DNA of 64,000 bases from Actinophytocola sp. (GTDB taxonomy: Bacteria; Actinomycetota; Actinomycetes; Mycobacteriales; Pseudonocardiaceae). The first letter of the stretch is position 1; each line of letters begins with the position of its first letter. The notes under the pieces are model-generated. The model saw only the letters and a program-made list of their open reading frames with translations, searched no databases and was not told the origin of the DNA. Both the position numbers and the translations under genes were made by a program. The stretch covers positions 30,864 through 94,863 of the forward strand of contig NZ_DASUVO010000140.1 of NCBI RefSeq assembly GCF_036378875.1. Reading direction: 5' to 3'. This document shows positions 39,631 through 48,608 of this stretch, piece by piece.

Positions 39631-40962
39631 TCACGCGACGGTGCGTGGGGCGACCCAGTCGTCGTCGCGGGGGTAGGTCGAGGTCGCCGTGCCGGCGATC
39701 CAGCGCACCTCCGCGCTGGAGGATCGGCGGCCGAACTCGGCGATGCGCGCCGCCAGGTACTGGGCGTCGGCGGCGACACCGCAGAACCGGCCCGAGCCCC
39801 ACGTGTGCTGCCACGGCAGACCGAGGAAGTAGACACCGGGAAAGCTCGTCACGCCGCGATGATGGGTCGGGTAACCGCGACCGTCGAACACCGGGAGGTC
39901 GATCCACCGGTAGTCGGCGCCGAACCCGGTACACCAGACGACCGACCCGATCTCCGCGGCGGCAAGGATCCTCGGCTCGACCTCCGGACGCCACACCGGG
40001 TCATATCGCTTCTCGGCAGGCGCGTCGATGCCCCTGGCGGTCAGACAGGTGTCGATCGAGTCCTTGATGGACTCGGACACGGCGTCCGCCGCGTCGAGGT
40101 TGGCGCGCAGGTCGGCGGCGAAGTACAGCGTGCCGGCGCGGACGTCGACGAGCCTGCCGTAGAGCCGCATGCCGTCGCGGGCGAAGGCACGCAGGTCGAT
40201 GTCCCGGCCCCCGTCGCGGCCGGTGACATAGTGGTTGGCGCGGAACCGCACCGCGTCGACGTCGGCGAACTCGTCGATGCCGCGGCGGTAGTAGCCCATG
40301 TCCTCGAGCCACGCCACCACGTCGCGCCCCCGGTAGCGCCGGGCCACGCGTGGCGCGCTGCCCACCGCGAGGTGCACCCGCCTGCCCGCGAGGTGAAGGT
40401 CCTCCGCGATCTGGCAGCCGGACTGCCCGGTGCCCACGACCAGGATGTCGCCTTCGGGCAGCCGCGCGGGGTTGCGGTAGTCGGCGGAGTGGAGCTGGAC
40501 GATGTCGTCGGGCAGCCGTTCGGCGATACGCGGCACGCGCGGCGTCTGGTACGGGCCCGTTGCCACCACGATCTGGTCCGCCGTCAGCGTGCCCGCCGAG
40601 GTGGTCACCGTGAACCGGCCGTCAGCCTGTTGACGCAACCGGGTCACCGCGACACCTTCGGCAATGGGCACGTCGAAGGACTTCGCGTAGTCCTCGAGGT
40701 AGGCGACGATCTCGTCCCGCGGCATGAACCCGTCAGGATCTCCGCCCGGATAACCGAAACCAGGCAACTGGCACTGCCAGTTCGGCGTGACGAGACAGAA
40801 CGAGTCCCACCGCCGCTCCCGCCACTCGTACCCGACGCGCTCCCGTTCGAACACGACGTGGTCGACACCTGTCCGGGTGAGACAGTGACTCATCGACAGG
40901 CCCGCCTGGCCACCACCCACGACGACCACCGACCGGTGAACGCCCTCCCACTCCCCGGTCAT
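39631..40962 (-). CDS. MSMEG_0569-family flavin-dependent oxidoreductase (NitH-like)
   Basis: [43 protein letters not shown] and WCTGF...[13 protein letters not shown]. Confidence 0.9.
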   Translation of the reverse strand: MTGEWEGVHRSVVVVGGGQAGLSMSHCLTRTGVDHVVFERERVGYEWRERRWDSFCLVTPNWQCQLPGFGYPGGDPDGFMPRDEIVAYLEDYAKSFDVPIAEGVAVTRLRQQADGRFTVTTSAGTLTADQIVVATGPYQTPRVPRIAERLPDDIVQLHSADYRNPARLPEGDILVVGTGQSGCQIAEDLHLAGRRVHLAVGSAPRVARRYRGRDVVAWLEDMGYYRRGIDEFADVDAVRFRANHYVTGRDGGRDIDLRAFARDGMRLYGRLVDVRAGTLYFAADLRANLDAADAVSESIKDSIDTCLTARGIDAPAEKRYDPVWRPEVEPRILAAAEIGSVVWCTGFGADYRWIDLPVFDGRGYPTHHRGVTSFPGVYFLGLPWQHTWGSGRFCGVAADAQYLAARIAEFGRRSSSAEVRWIAGTATSTYPRDDDWVAPRTVA

Positions 40963-41030
40963 CGCTCGAACCCCGCGACCGGTTGACCGGAACCGCCGGG
41001 CCGGCGTACGAGAAACCGGATTTCGGGCAC
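40959..41030 (-). pseudogene. Collapsed remnant of an MSMEG_0570-family (NitG-like) gene
   Basis: AGGAG RBS + [28 protein letters not shown] (23 aa). It matches the family N-terminus as I recall it (MPExxFxVRWPDG), the CYSPS core is missing, and the ATGA overlap with the next gene is kept. Confidence 0.7.
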
Positions 41031-41116
41031 CGCGTCTCCTCTGTCGGAGTTTCTCGGTGAAGACGGCCGAAGAAACTCCGGCAGCGTTGGCGGACCTGAC
41101 CGCGAAACCCATTCCA

Positions 41117-41141
41117 CAACCGATTCATTGCCAATCGGTTG
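41117..41141. promoter_or_regulatory. Perfect inverted repeat CAACCGATT-N7-AATCGGTTG upstream of the Nit1C-like operon
   Basis: caaccgatt cattgcc aatcggttg, about 90 bp upstream of the first gene in an AT-richer intergenic stretch. Confidence 0.6.
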
Positions 41142-41184
41142 CATCCGAACTACGCAGGTGTTTCCGGTGCCGGGGAATTGTTAC
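41138..41184 (-). promoter_or_regulatory. Degenerate GlnR-box-like pentamers
   Basis: The minus strand reads GTAAC-N15-GAAAC-N6-GTAGT-N6-GCAAC. The 11-bp phasing of the canonical GTNAC-N6-GAAAC box is only partly met. Confidence 0.35.
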
Positions 41185-41238
41185 GTACCCGACCGTTCGT
41201 GCTTAACACAACGGTCCCCACGGGTCGCGAGGGTGTTC

Positions 41239-44200
41239 TCAGTGGGAAAATACTGCGAGGTCGTAGAGGGAATAGCCGTATCCGGTCCCCCGCCGCACGC
41301 CGACCATGCGGACGTAGCGCGCCTCGGTGGCCTGGAACGTGATGTTGTCGATTCCCCCGTTGCCGGTGCTGGTGGTGTGAACCTGTCGCCACGTACTGCC
41401 ATTGGTCGATGTCTCGATCCGATAGGCCGCGCCGAAGGCGGCCTCCCAGTCCAGTCGGACCCGTGCGACCCGTCGTGTGGCGCCGAGGTCGACGGTGATC
41501 GAGTCGTTGTCGCGCCACTCGCTGGCCCACCGGGTCGTCGGGTCGGTATCGACCGCGTGTGCGGCGGGGTGGCCCGACTGTGCGCCGGTCGCGGTGGCCG
41601 TCCTGCCCAGGGCGAGGTTGGTGATGTCGTCGCCGCGGCGTGCGGGGAACTCCACCACCTGCTGGTAGGTCGGACGGTTCTGCCAGGAGATCTTGTCGTG
41701 GCCGATGCCGCCGATCTTCTGCTGCACGATCGAGTCGGCGCACCACTGGTCGCCGGCCTCGCAGTTGCCCTCGTCGCCGGGGTAGGTCACGGTCAGCGGT
41801 TCGGCCGCGGCGCCGAGCAGCGTGTCGGACAGCGCCTTTCGGCACGCGCTCAGGCCGCCACACAGCGGGGTCGTCGTCTTACCGGCCGGGTTCTCGCCGA
41901 GCACCGCGCGGATGTCCTGTGACACCTGGCCGAACCAGCCGTACTGGAACGCCGAGCCGCTGTGCGGGTGGCCGGTGTTCAGCCCGGGTTCGCCCAGCTG
42001 CCAACCGGACGGCGACTCGTTGATCCGCATGACGCCGGTCAGCGCGCGGTACGCGTCGGCGCCGACCTTCGGCTCGTAGATCGCCTTGACCAGTCGTGGC
42101 CACCACGCGTCGAACAGGGCGATCGCGCCGGCGTGCGCATAGGTGTGGCTGCCCAGGCTGGTCTCGGTGCGCTTGCCGCCGGCGGCCAGCCAGGCGCGCA
42201 GTGTCGCCGCCTGCGCGGCGGTGGCGGGGTCGCCGTCCAGCACGCGCAACAGGTTCGGCAGGATGCGCTCGGCACGCATGTCGGTGACCGCGGCGTCGGC
42301 CATGGCCTGGGTCAGGGTGACCCGGTTGACCTTCCCGCCGTTCGCGATCAGGTCGCGCACCCGCCGGTCGAGCACGTCGCCGCGCTGCACCGAGGACTTC
42401 TCCGGGCTGCCGCTCATGCCCGGCGCCTGCTTGTTGTTCCAGCTGATGTAGTAGTCCTGGTTCACCGAGTTCGGATGCTGCGCGAACGGGGTGTAGGTGG
42501 CCGTGTTGCCGTTCGGGTTCCAGTCCTGCCACTCGTTGGCCACGCCGGACCACGCCGGCAGCGCGGGATCCATTGTGGACTTGCGGACCGGGTTGTCACC
42601 GGAGTTGACGTACGCGACGTCCCGCGAGTCGGCGTAGAACCAGTTGAACGTGTAGTTGACGTCCATCGCCGCCTGCTGGAACTCCTGCGCGGAACGGATC
42701 GCGGCCGGGTCGTTGAACTTCTGGAACCCGATGATGGAGTCGGCCTCGTGGAGGAACGTCGATCGCACGGTGGTGTAGGCGACCGGCTTGCCGCCGACCG
42801 TGGCCCGGTGCGTGACCGGTCCGTACCTCGTCCGGTAGGAACGAAGCGTGTAGGAGCCCGCGGCCGTGCCGTCGGCCAGCGTCGGCGTCCAGGCATTCTT
42901 CCGCTCCACCACGTCGAACGGCAGGCACTCACCGCGGAAGCGGTAGTAGCCGGACGCCTTCGTCGGTGTGCCGCCGTTCGGTTCGCACAGCTCGACGGCG
43001 TAGGTGTCGATGATGTCCTGTCCCGCCGTGGTGGCGCTCCACGCGTAGTCCTGACCGCGGCCGAGCAGGGTGTAGAAGCTCAGTCCGGCGAACGACGCGC
43101 CCCTCGACGAGATCCCCGGCCCCTGCAGTTCCTGCAACGTCAGCAGCTGCGGCGCGAAGTACCCGGTCTGCGGGCCGAACACGGCGACCGGGTGGCCGGA
43201 CTCGGTGTGGGCGCCGGAGACCACCAGCGCGTTGGACATCCCCCGCGCCTGGAACATCCCGGCCGCCGCGGCCTGCTGCTGGGTGGAGACCGCTGACCCG
43301 GTCTGGTCGAACACCATCTGCTGCGGGGTCACCGATCCCTTGTCCGGCAGGGCGAGCCCCTGTGGGTTCGCCGGCGACGCGGCATAGGGGAACGACCGTC
43401 CATCGTGGATGGTGCTGATCGCCTCGGGGTCGTTCTGCGACTGGAACTCCTGCCAGCGCCGCTCGCCCTCCGCGAGGCCGTAGCGCTCCTGCAGCGCGAG
43501 CTTCGCGACAGCCTGCTGCACCTCGTTGCCGCCGCCACCGCCGAACTGCGCGCCGACGAGCGACGCCAGCACGACGATGTCGGTCAGCGTGAACGGCTCG
43601 ATGGTGCCGGCGTTGGTGATCGCGTCGATCTTGCCGATGGCCACGTACTCCCCGGGGAAGTACCGGCCGTCCTTGGCCTGCCTCGCGTAGGCGTTGATGC
43701 CATCCACATAGGCCTGTGCGTCGGAGTACGCCAGCTCGCCGGCGGGCCCCTGCCTGCGCACGCTCTCGATCTGCGCGGTCAGTTCCTGCTCCGTGTAGGG
43801 CGACGCGGCGAAGAAGCCCTGTTCCAGCACGCGGTTACCCTCGGCACCTCCGGCGAACGAGGTCACCTGGCCGCGCCCGGCACGCCGCATCACGTCCATG
43901 AGGAACAGCTTGTTCTCCGCCGTGGCGTACCCGGCGCCGAACATGGTGCCCGACCGGGTGGTCCCGTAGATGTGCGGGACGCCGGCCTTCTTGTCGCGCA
44001 CCACGGTGACGTCCGCGCGCGGCTGGTAGCTCCGCTCGATGTCGTCGGCGGCCACGCCGAACGAGTTGTCGTTGAAGAACTGGGTGATCGTGTCCGTGGT
44101 CAGGGTCTGGTACCCGCTGGCCAGGCTCCCGTACATCCCGAGCTGGTCGGCGGAGTGGGCCGGCCTGGCCCCGCTGACGGTGTGCGCCAGGAGCTCGGCG

Positions 44201-44385
44201 AAGGTCGCGTTGCCGTTCTGTCCCGGTGGCAGGATGTCCGCGCACTGCCCGAGGCAGTAGTCCAGCTGGGATGCCGTCCGCACCGTCACCGGTGCCGCCA
44301 TCGCGGGCACCGTGACCACCGCCGCGACCGCCGCGCCCACGGTCAGCACGCCGAAGGCCCTTTTCGTCCACGAACGACCAGACAT
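41239..44385 (-). CDS. Secreted penicillin-acylase-family Ntn hydrolase with a C-terminal F5/8 type C (CBM32/discoidin) domain
   Basis: Signal peptide ...VPAMA; RDKKAGVPHIYG; beta-chain start RGM/SNALVVSG; WNNKQA; C-terminal NLALGRTATAT...TRWASEW...DLGA...VRMVG...YSLYDL. Confidence 0.9.
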   Translation of the reverse strand: MSGRSWTKRAFGVLTVGAAVAAVVTVPAMAAPVTVRTASQLDYCLGQCADILPPGQNGNATFAELLAHTVSGARPAHSADQLGMYGSLASGYQTLTTDTITQFFNDNSFGVAADDIERSYQPRADVTVVRDKKAGVPHIYGTTRSGTMFGAGYATAENKLFLMDVMRRAGRGQVTSFAGGAEGNRVLEQGFFAASPYTEQELTAQIESVRRQGPAGELAYSDAQAYVDGINAYARQAKDGRYFPGEYVAIGKIDAITNAGTIEPFTLTDIVVLASLVGAQFGGGGGNEVQQAVAKLALQERYGLAEGERRWQEFQSQNDPEAISTIHDGRSFPYAASPANPQGLALPDKGSVTPQQMVFDQTGSAVSTQQQAAAAGMFQARGMSNALVVSGAHTESGHPVAVFGPQTGYFAPQLLTLQELQGPGISSRGASFAGLSFYTLLGRGQDYAWSATTAGQDIIDTYAVELCEPNGGTPTKASGYYRFRGECLPFDVVERKNAWTPTLADGTAAGSYTLRSYRTRYGPVTHRATVGGKPVAYTTVRSTFLHEADSIIGFQKFNDPAAIRSAQEFQQAAMDVNYTFNWFYADSRDVAYVNSGDNPVRKSTMDPALPAWSGVANEWQDWNPNGNTATYTPFAQHPNSVNQDYYISWNNKQAPGMSGSPEKSSVQRGDVLDRRVRDLIANGGKVNRVTLTQAMADAAVTDMRAERILPNLLRVLDGDPATAAQAATLRAWLAAGGKRTETSLGSHTYAHAGAIALFDAWWPRLVKAIYEPKVGADAYRALTGVMRINESPSGWQLGEPGLNTGHPHSGSAFQYGWFGQVSQDIRAVLGENPAGKTTTPLCGGLSACRKALSDTLLGAAAEPLTVTYPGDEGNCEAGDQWCADSIVQQKIGGIGHDKISWQNRPTYQQVVEFPARRGDDITNLALGRTATATGAQSGHPAAHAVDTDPTTRWASEWRDNDSITVDLGATRRVARVRLDWEAAFGAAYRIETSTNGSTWRQVHTTSTGNGGIDNITFQATEARYVRMVGVRRGTGYGYSLYDLAVFSH

Positions 44386-44417
44386 CGTTGTCCTCTCGTA
44401 GCACGACGATTGGATCG

Positions 44418-44441
44418 TGACTTGAACACTCGTCCAAGTCA
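44418..44441. promoter_or_regulatory. TetR-type operator, copy 1: TGACTTGAAC-N4-GTCCAAGTCA
   Basis: Near-perfect palindrome in the 72-bp gap between the divergent acylase and TetR starts. Confidence 0.75.
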
Positions 44442-44457
44442 AGGGCAGGATGGCGCA

Positions 44458-45060
44458 ATGGCACGGGTACCGGTCGCTCAGCGCAGGTGGCAGCTGATCG
44501 AGGCGACCATCGCGCTGCTCTCCCGCGAGGGCGTCGGTGCCGCGTCGATCCGGCGGATCAGCGAGGAGGCGGACGTCCCGCTCGGCCTCGTGCACTACTG
44601 CTTCGCCTCGAAACAGGAGCTGATCGCCGAGACGATCCGGCAGCTGAACACGGAGAACACGACGGCGGCGCGGGCGGCGCTGTCCGTCCCGGCCGACGCG
44701 GGAACGGACCTGAGGAGCGCGCTCACCGCAGCGTTCCGGGCGTACTGGTCACTGGTCGAACGGTCGCCGAGGCGCCAGCTGCTCACCTACGAGCTGAACG
44801 CCTATGCGTTGCGCGACAAGGAGCTTGCCCCGATCGCCGAGCAGGCCCATCGCGAGCTGCTGACCAATGTGCGCGTCCTGCTCGACGAGATCGCGACGGC
44901 GACCGGCCGGCAGTGGACGGTGCCGCTGGACGACGTCGCCCGGCTGGTCGTCACGGTCACCGGCGGCGCCACCCTGAACTGGCTCAACGACAGGGACTCC
45001 ACGGCCGCGCTGACCACGGCAAACCTCGTCGTCGGCGCGCTCGACGCGCTCGCCACCTGA
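44458..45060 (+). CDS. TetR-family transcriptional regulator
   Basis: LIEATIALLSREGVGAASIRRISEEADVPLGLVHYCFASKQELI (tail of ORF 43405..45060). Confidence 0.92.
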   Translation: MARVPVAQRRWQLIEATIALLSREGVGAASIRRISEEADVPLGLVHYCFASKQELIAETIRQLNTENTTAARAALSVPADAGTDLRSALTAAFRAYWSLVERSPRRQLLTYELNAYALRDKELAPIAEQAHRELLTNVRVLLDEIATATGRQWTVPLDDVARLVVTVTGGATLNWLNDRDSTAALTTANLVVGALDALAT

Positions 45061-45081
45061 CTTGAACGGATGTCCAAGTCA
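45058..45081. promoter_or_regulatory. TetR-type operator, copy 2: TGACTTGAAC-N4-GTCCAAGTCA
   Basis: Both 10-bp arms are identical to copy 1 and only the 4-bp spacer differs. It spans exactly from the TetR stop (TGA) to the convergent GT87 stop. Confidence 0.7.
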
Positions 45082-46404
45082 GTCTGACCGAATGATCGGC
45101 CTTTCCACGTCGGCCTCCCGGCGGCGATGGGCCAGGCGGGCGACGACGACCAGGAAGCCGATGGCCGTGATCGGATACGTGTTGATCACCAGGTGTTCCC
45201 ACGGGAGCCAGGAGGGGCCGTTGGGCGAAGCGAGAAGGTGCGGCGATACCACGAATGCCGCGGTGACCACCAGCAGCACCACGACCGCCCCGCGCCGACG
45301 GCGCGAACTCGCCGTGTCGTCGCCGATCGTGGCGAACGCACGATGGGCGATCATCAACCAGGCCATCGCCAACCACACCCAATGCGCGATCCAGGACAGC
45401 GGTGACACCAGCAACGCCACCGCCGCGTTGGCCAGCAGAGCCAGTGCCCGGTCGGCGTGCCGTATCGCTATCGCGCCGACGACCAGCACGATGACGATGA
45501 GCGCGATCCGCGTGGCCAGGTGCGCGCTCTCGGACAGGTGAAGCCGACTCAGCGCCGCCGCGATGGTCTGGTTCTCCCGGGTCGCGGGTCCCGATACGCG
45601 GTGCGGTTGGAACAGGACGCCACCGAACCAGAAACGCACCGACTCGCTGGGAGCCAGCGCGAAACCCACACCCGTGGCGACGACGCCGGTGACGACGGCG
45701 GTCACCGACGCCCGAAAGTCCTTACGTAGGAGGAAGAAGAGCAGGAAGGCGGCTGGGGTGACCTTGATGGCCGCGGCGAGACCGACCAGGATGCCGCGGG
45801 GCAGGCGGGTCGCCGGGCCGAGGCAGTCCACGACCACCGCGGTCATCAGCAGGATGTTGATCTGCCCAAGGCCGACGGTGGTTCGGACCGGCTCGAGCAC
45901 GGCCAGCACGGGCATTGCCACAGCGACCAGGCGAACCGTGGTGTACGTCGGCGCGGTTGGGCGAAGTCTCCGCAGAACCACATAGCCGCTGATGGCAAGA
46001 CAGGCCACAGAGGCCGCGACGATCGTCACCTTCGCGACCGAGAACGAGGTCATCGTGAACGGCGCGAGTGCGATGAGCGCGAACGGCGGATAGATGAAAT
46101 CCGGCACCTCGCTCACCCATCGCGAGGACAGGGAACCGTAGAGATCTCCTCCGTTCGTCCAGGCGGCGGTGCCCTCCCAGTACGCGCTCAGATCGATGAA
46201 GTGGTTGTAGAACAGCGGAACCAGGATGAGTTCGATGACCACGCACACAGCGACGCTGACGCCGATGACCTGCCAGTGGCGTCGCGAGGACGGTTCCAGG
46301 ACGAATCTCGAGACTCGATGAGGCGGGCGCGCCCCGGTGGCACGTCGAGGCGAGCCGGCCACGCTCGTCGCCACGTCTTCCCCTGTGTGCTGATCTTCGG
46401 CCAC
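45079..46404 (-). CDS. GT87/DUF2029 polyprenyl-phospho-mannose-dependent alpha-mannosyltransferase
   Basis: IDLSAY, FIYPPFALIAL, TVGLGQINILL, GLAAAIKVTP and SPLSWIAH motifs; multiple transmembrane segments. Confidence 0.88.
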   Translation of the reverse strand: MAEDQHTGEDVATSVAGSPRRATGARPPHRVSRFVLEPSSRRHWQVIGVSVAVCVVIELILVPLFYNHFIDLSAYWEGTAAWTNGGDLYGSLSSRWVSEVPDFIYPPFALIALAPFTMTSFSVAKVTIVAASVACLAISGYVVLRRLRPTAPTYTTVRLVAVAMPVLAVLEPVRTTVGLGQINILLMTAVVVDCLGPATRLPRGILVGLAAAIKVTPAAFLLFFLLRKDFRASVTAVVTGVVATGVGFALAPSESVRFWFGGVLFQPHRVSGPATRENQTIAAALSRLHLSESAHLATRIALIVIVLVVGAIAIRHADRALALLANAAVALLVSPLSWIAHWVWLAMAWLMIAHRAFATIGDDTASSRRRRGAVVVLLVVTAAFVVSPHLLASPNGPSWLPWEHLVINTYPITAIGFLVVVARLAHRRREADVERPIIRSD

Positions 46405-46527
46405 GTCGCGCAGTACGGGCGCCCGCCGGTGGGCGGTTCACCAGCCGGAAATGAAAAGGATCACACAAGCAGTCCGGTTGGCGAGGCAACCAACCTTCGC
46501 CTGGAGCCGCGAGCTGGGTGTCATCGC

Positions 46528-47379
46528 TCAGAACAGGGTCGCGGGCTCGACCGGTTCCGGTTCGGGTAGCGCCTCGAGGCCGGGTACCAGCGCTCGCACG
46601 TGGTCGTGGAATCGGCGGGCGAGTGCCGGTGCGTCGTCGTTGTCGGGGGTGTGTACGAAGACCGTCGGCGAGCGGCCCTCGCGCAGCCAGTCGGCGACCA
46701 CCTCGGTCCACGGCCGCCACCCCTGGACCGTCTCCTCGATCGAGTCCCGGCCCAGGTAGCGGACGATCGGCCGGTCGGTCAGCGCCCGGGTCCGCCGGGG
46801 CAGCCGCGGTTTCTTGGCCCAGGCGTCCTGCTCGGCCTCGCTGGTCGGCGGGCTCTGGAAGAAGACCGTGGTGTCGAACGGCACCCACTCGGCGTCCGCG
46901 TCAGCGAGCGTGCCCTCCAGCAGCGCCGTCGAGCGGGCGTCGGTGAAGAACCCGGGGTGGCGCACCTCCACGGCGCGTCGACGGTCGGTGGGCAGCCGGC
47001 GCAGGAAGCGGCCGAGGGCCTCGACGTCGGAAGGGCCGAACGAGCCGGGCAGCTGGGTCCACAGGACCGCCCGTTCGCCGAGGGGTTCGATCGCGTCCAG
47101 GAACGCCCGCATCTCGGCCTCGACACCGACGAACCGGCGCTCGTGCGTGACGATTTTCGGCAGCTTGACCACGAACCGGAAGCCGGGATCGGTCTGCTGC
47201 GCCCACGTCGCGACGGTTTTTCTGGCGGGCGTCGCGTAGAAGGTGGTGTTGCCCTCGACCGCGTTGCACCAGCCGGCGTAGGCCCGCAGGCGCTCCCAGG
47301 CCGGCAGCGACTGCGGCAGGAACCGCCCGGGCCAAGCCTTGTGGGTCCACATCGCACAGCCGACATGCAGACGTGTCAC
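46528..47379 (-). CDS. DUF72 domain-containing protein
   Basis: VGCAMW, NAVEGNTTFYATP, FVVKLPKIVTH, QLPGSF, AVEVRH and FVHTPDN. Confidence 0.88.
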   Translation of the reverse strand: MTRLHVGCAMWTHKAWPGRFLPQSLPAWERLRAYAGWCNAVEGNTTFYATPARKTVATWAQQTDPGFRFVVKLPKIVTHERRFVGVEAEMRAFLDAIEPLGERAVLWTQLPGSFGPSDVEALGRFLRRLPTDRRRAVEVRHPGFFTDARSTALLEGTLADADAEWVPFDTTVFFQSPPTSEAEQDAWAKKPRLPRRTRALTDRPIVRYLGRDSIEETVQGWRPWTEVVADWLREGRSPTVFVHTPDNDDAPALARRFHDHVRALVPGLEALPEPEPVEPATLF

Positions 47380-47446
47380 TCCGCCCAGCTCCCCTCACTC
47401 GTGAGAGAAGCTACTACCCGGGCGGGAGTCGTCACTCGCGACCTGA

Positions 47447-48577
47447 TCACACGTACGGAAGGTGCAGGTTGTCGACGGAGAACATCGCGTCCGTGCGGCC
47501 TTCGAAGAGGGGGACCAGGCGGCGGAAGTGGTCGCGCATCGCGGTTTCGAAGTCCGCTTCTCCGCTCAACAGCCAGGTCGCGCCGTCGAGTAGCTCGGGG
47601 AGGTCCTCGGTGATGCGTTCTGCCGACATGCTCGGTGAGCGGGGGCCGTCGTCCTCGACGGGGTCCGGTTTGTTGCCGAGCATGACGTAGCTCGGGAAGC
47701 GCTTCAGGTCGGGTAGGACCGAGTAGAACGGGACGCCGGGGTTGAAGTAGTACTCGGCCCAGTCGTTACCGGCCAGTGCCAGCCACGGGGTGCCGACCGC
47801 CATCGCGGCGAACGCGAAGCCCGTGTGCGGGGACAGGAACAGGTCGCAGCGTTCTACCGCGGCCAGCTGTCGAGCCAGCGGCACGTCCACCGCCCACGCC
47901 GCGTCCGGCACCACGTCCGCGATGGCGGTGAACTCCTCGCGGGTGAACGTGGTGTTGGTGCGGCCGTCCTCGGCCAGTTTGCCCACCAGGCAGAAGCGCG
48001 CCGTCGGCCAGCGCTCCGTGAAAGCGCTCAACACGCGGCGCCAGCTGGCCACTGACGGGTATCGCCACCTCGGGCTGCTGCCGCCGGGCAGCACCGCGAT
48101 CGTGGGGCCGCCGTCCGGGAGGAGTTCAGCGGCCCAGGTCCGCGCCTCGTCGGGCAGCGTCAGCTCGAGCCGGTTCTTCGGGTGGTACGACGGTCGTGGC
48201 GCGCCGATGGGAAGGTGACCCCGGCTGGCGCGGAAGTGCCTGGCAGCCAGGTCGTAGTAGCCAGCCAGTCCGGGGAACAGGTCGTGCTGCCACTGTTGGT
48301 GACCGCGAGGATCGTCGACGACCCAGTCCCACTCCGCCGGCACGTGCGAGAGCACGTCCGGGCTCGGCGGCTCGAACACGTCGACGTCCACCGTGTACAC
48401 CTCGTCGATGTGCTCGCACCACGACGCGAGCTCCACGGCCGTCTTCTCGAGCAACACCACACCGATACGCCGGTCCGGGTCGGCGCGACGGAAGCCGAGG
48501 GAGTACTGCAGGGCTTCCACGGCGTGACCGACCGGATGGCAGTAGACGAAGTTCACCAGTACTGACTCAGCGGGCAC
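47447..48577 (-). CDS. GT9 (heptosyltransferase-like, GT-B) glycosyltransferase
   Basis: IAVLPGGSSPRWRYP and LAAVERCDLFLSPHTGFAFAAMAVGTP resemble the GT9 C-terminal signature. Likely start GTG 48577. Confidence 0.65.
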   Translation of the reverse strand: MPAESVLVNFVYCHPVGHAVEALQYSLGFRRADPDRRIGVVLLEKTAVELASWCEHIDEVYTVDVDVFEPPSPDVLSHVPAEWDWVVDDPRGHQQWQHDLFPGLAGYYDLAARHFRASRGHLPIGAPRPSYHPKNRLELTLPDEARTWAAELLPDGGPTIAVLPGGSSPRWRYPSVASWRRVLSAFTERWPTARFCLVGKLAEDGRTNTTFTREEFTAIADVVPDAAWAVDVPLARQLAAVERCDLFLSPHTGFAFAAMAVGTPWLALAGNDWAEYYFNPGVPFYSVLPDLKRFPSYVMLGNKPDPVEDDGPRSPSMSAERITEDLPELLDGATWLLSGEADFETAMRDHFRRLVPLFEGRTDAMFSVDNLHLPYV

Positions 48578-48608
48578 ACCGCCAACCCTAGAACCGCGTG
48601 CGAACGGT

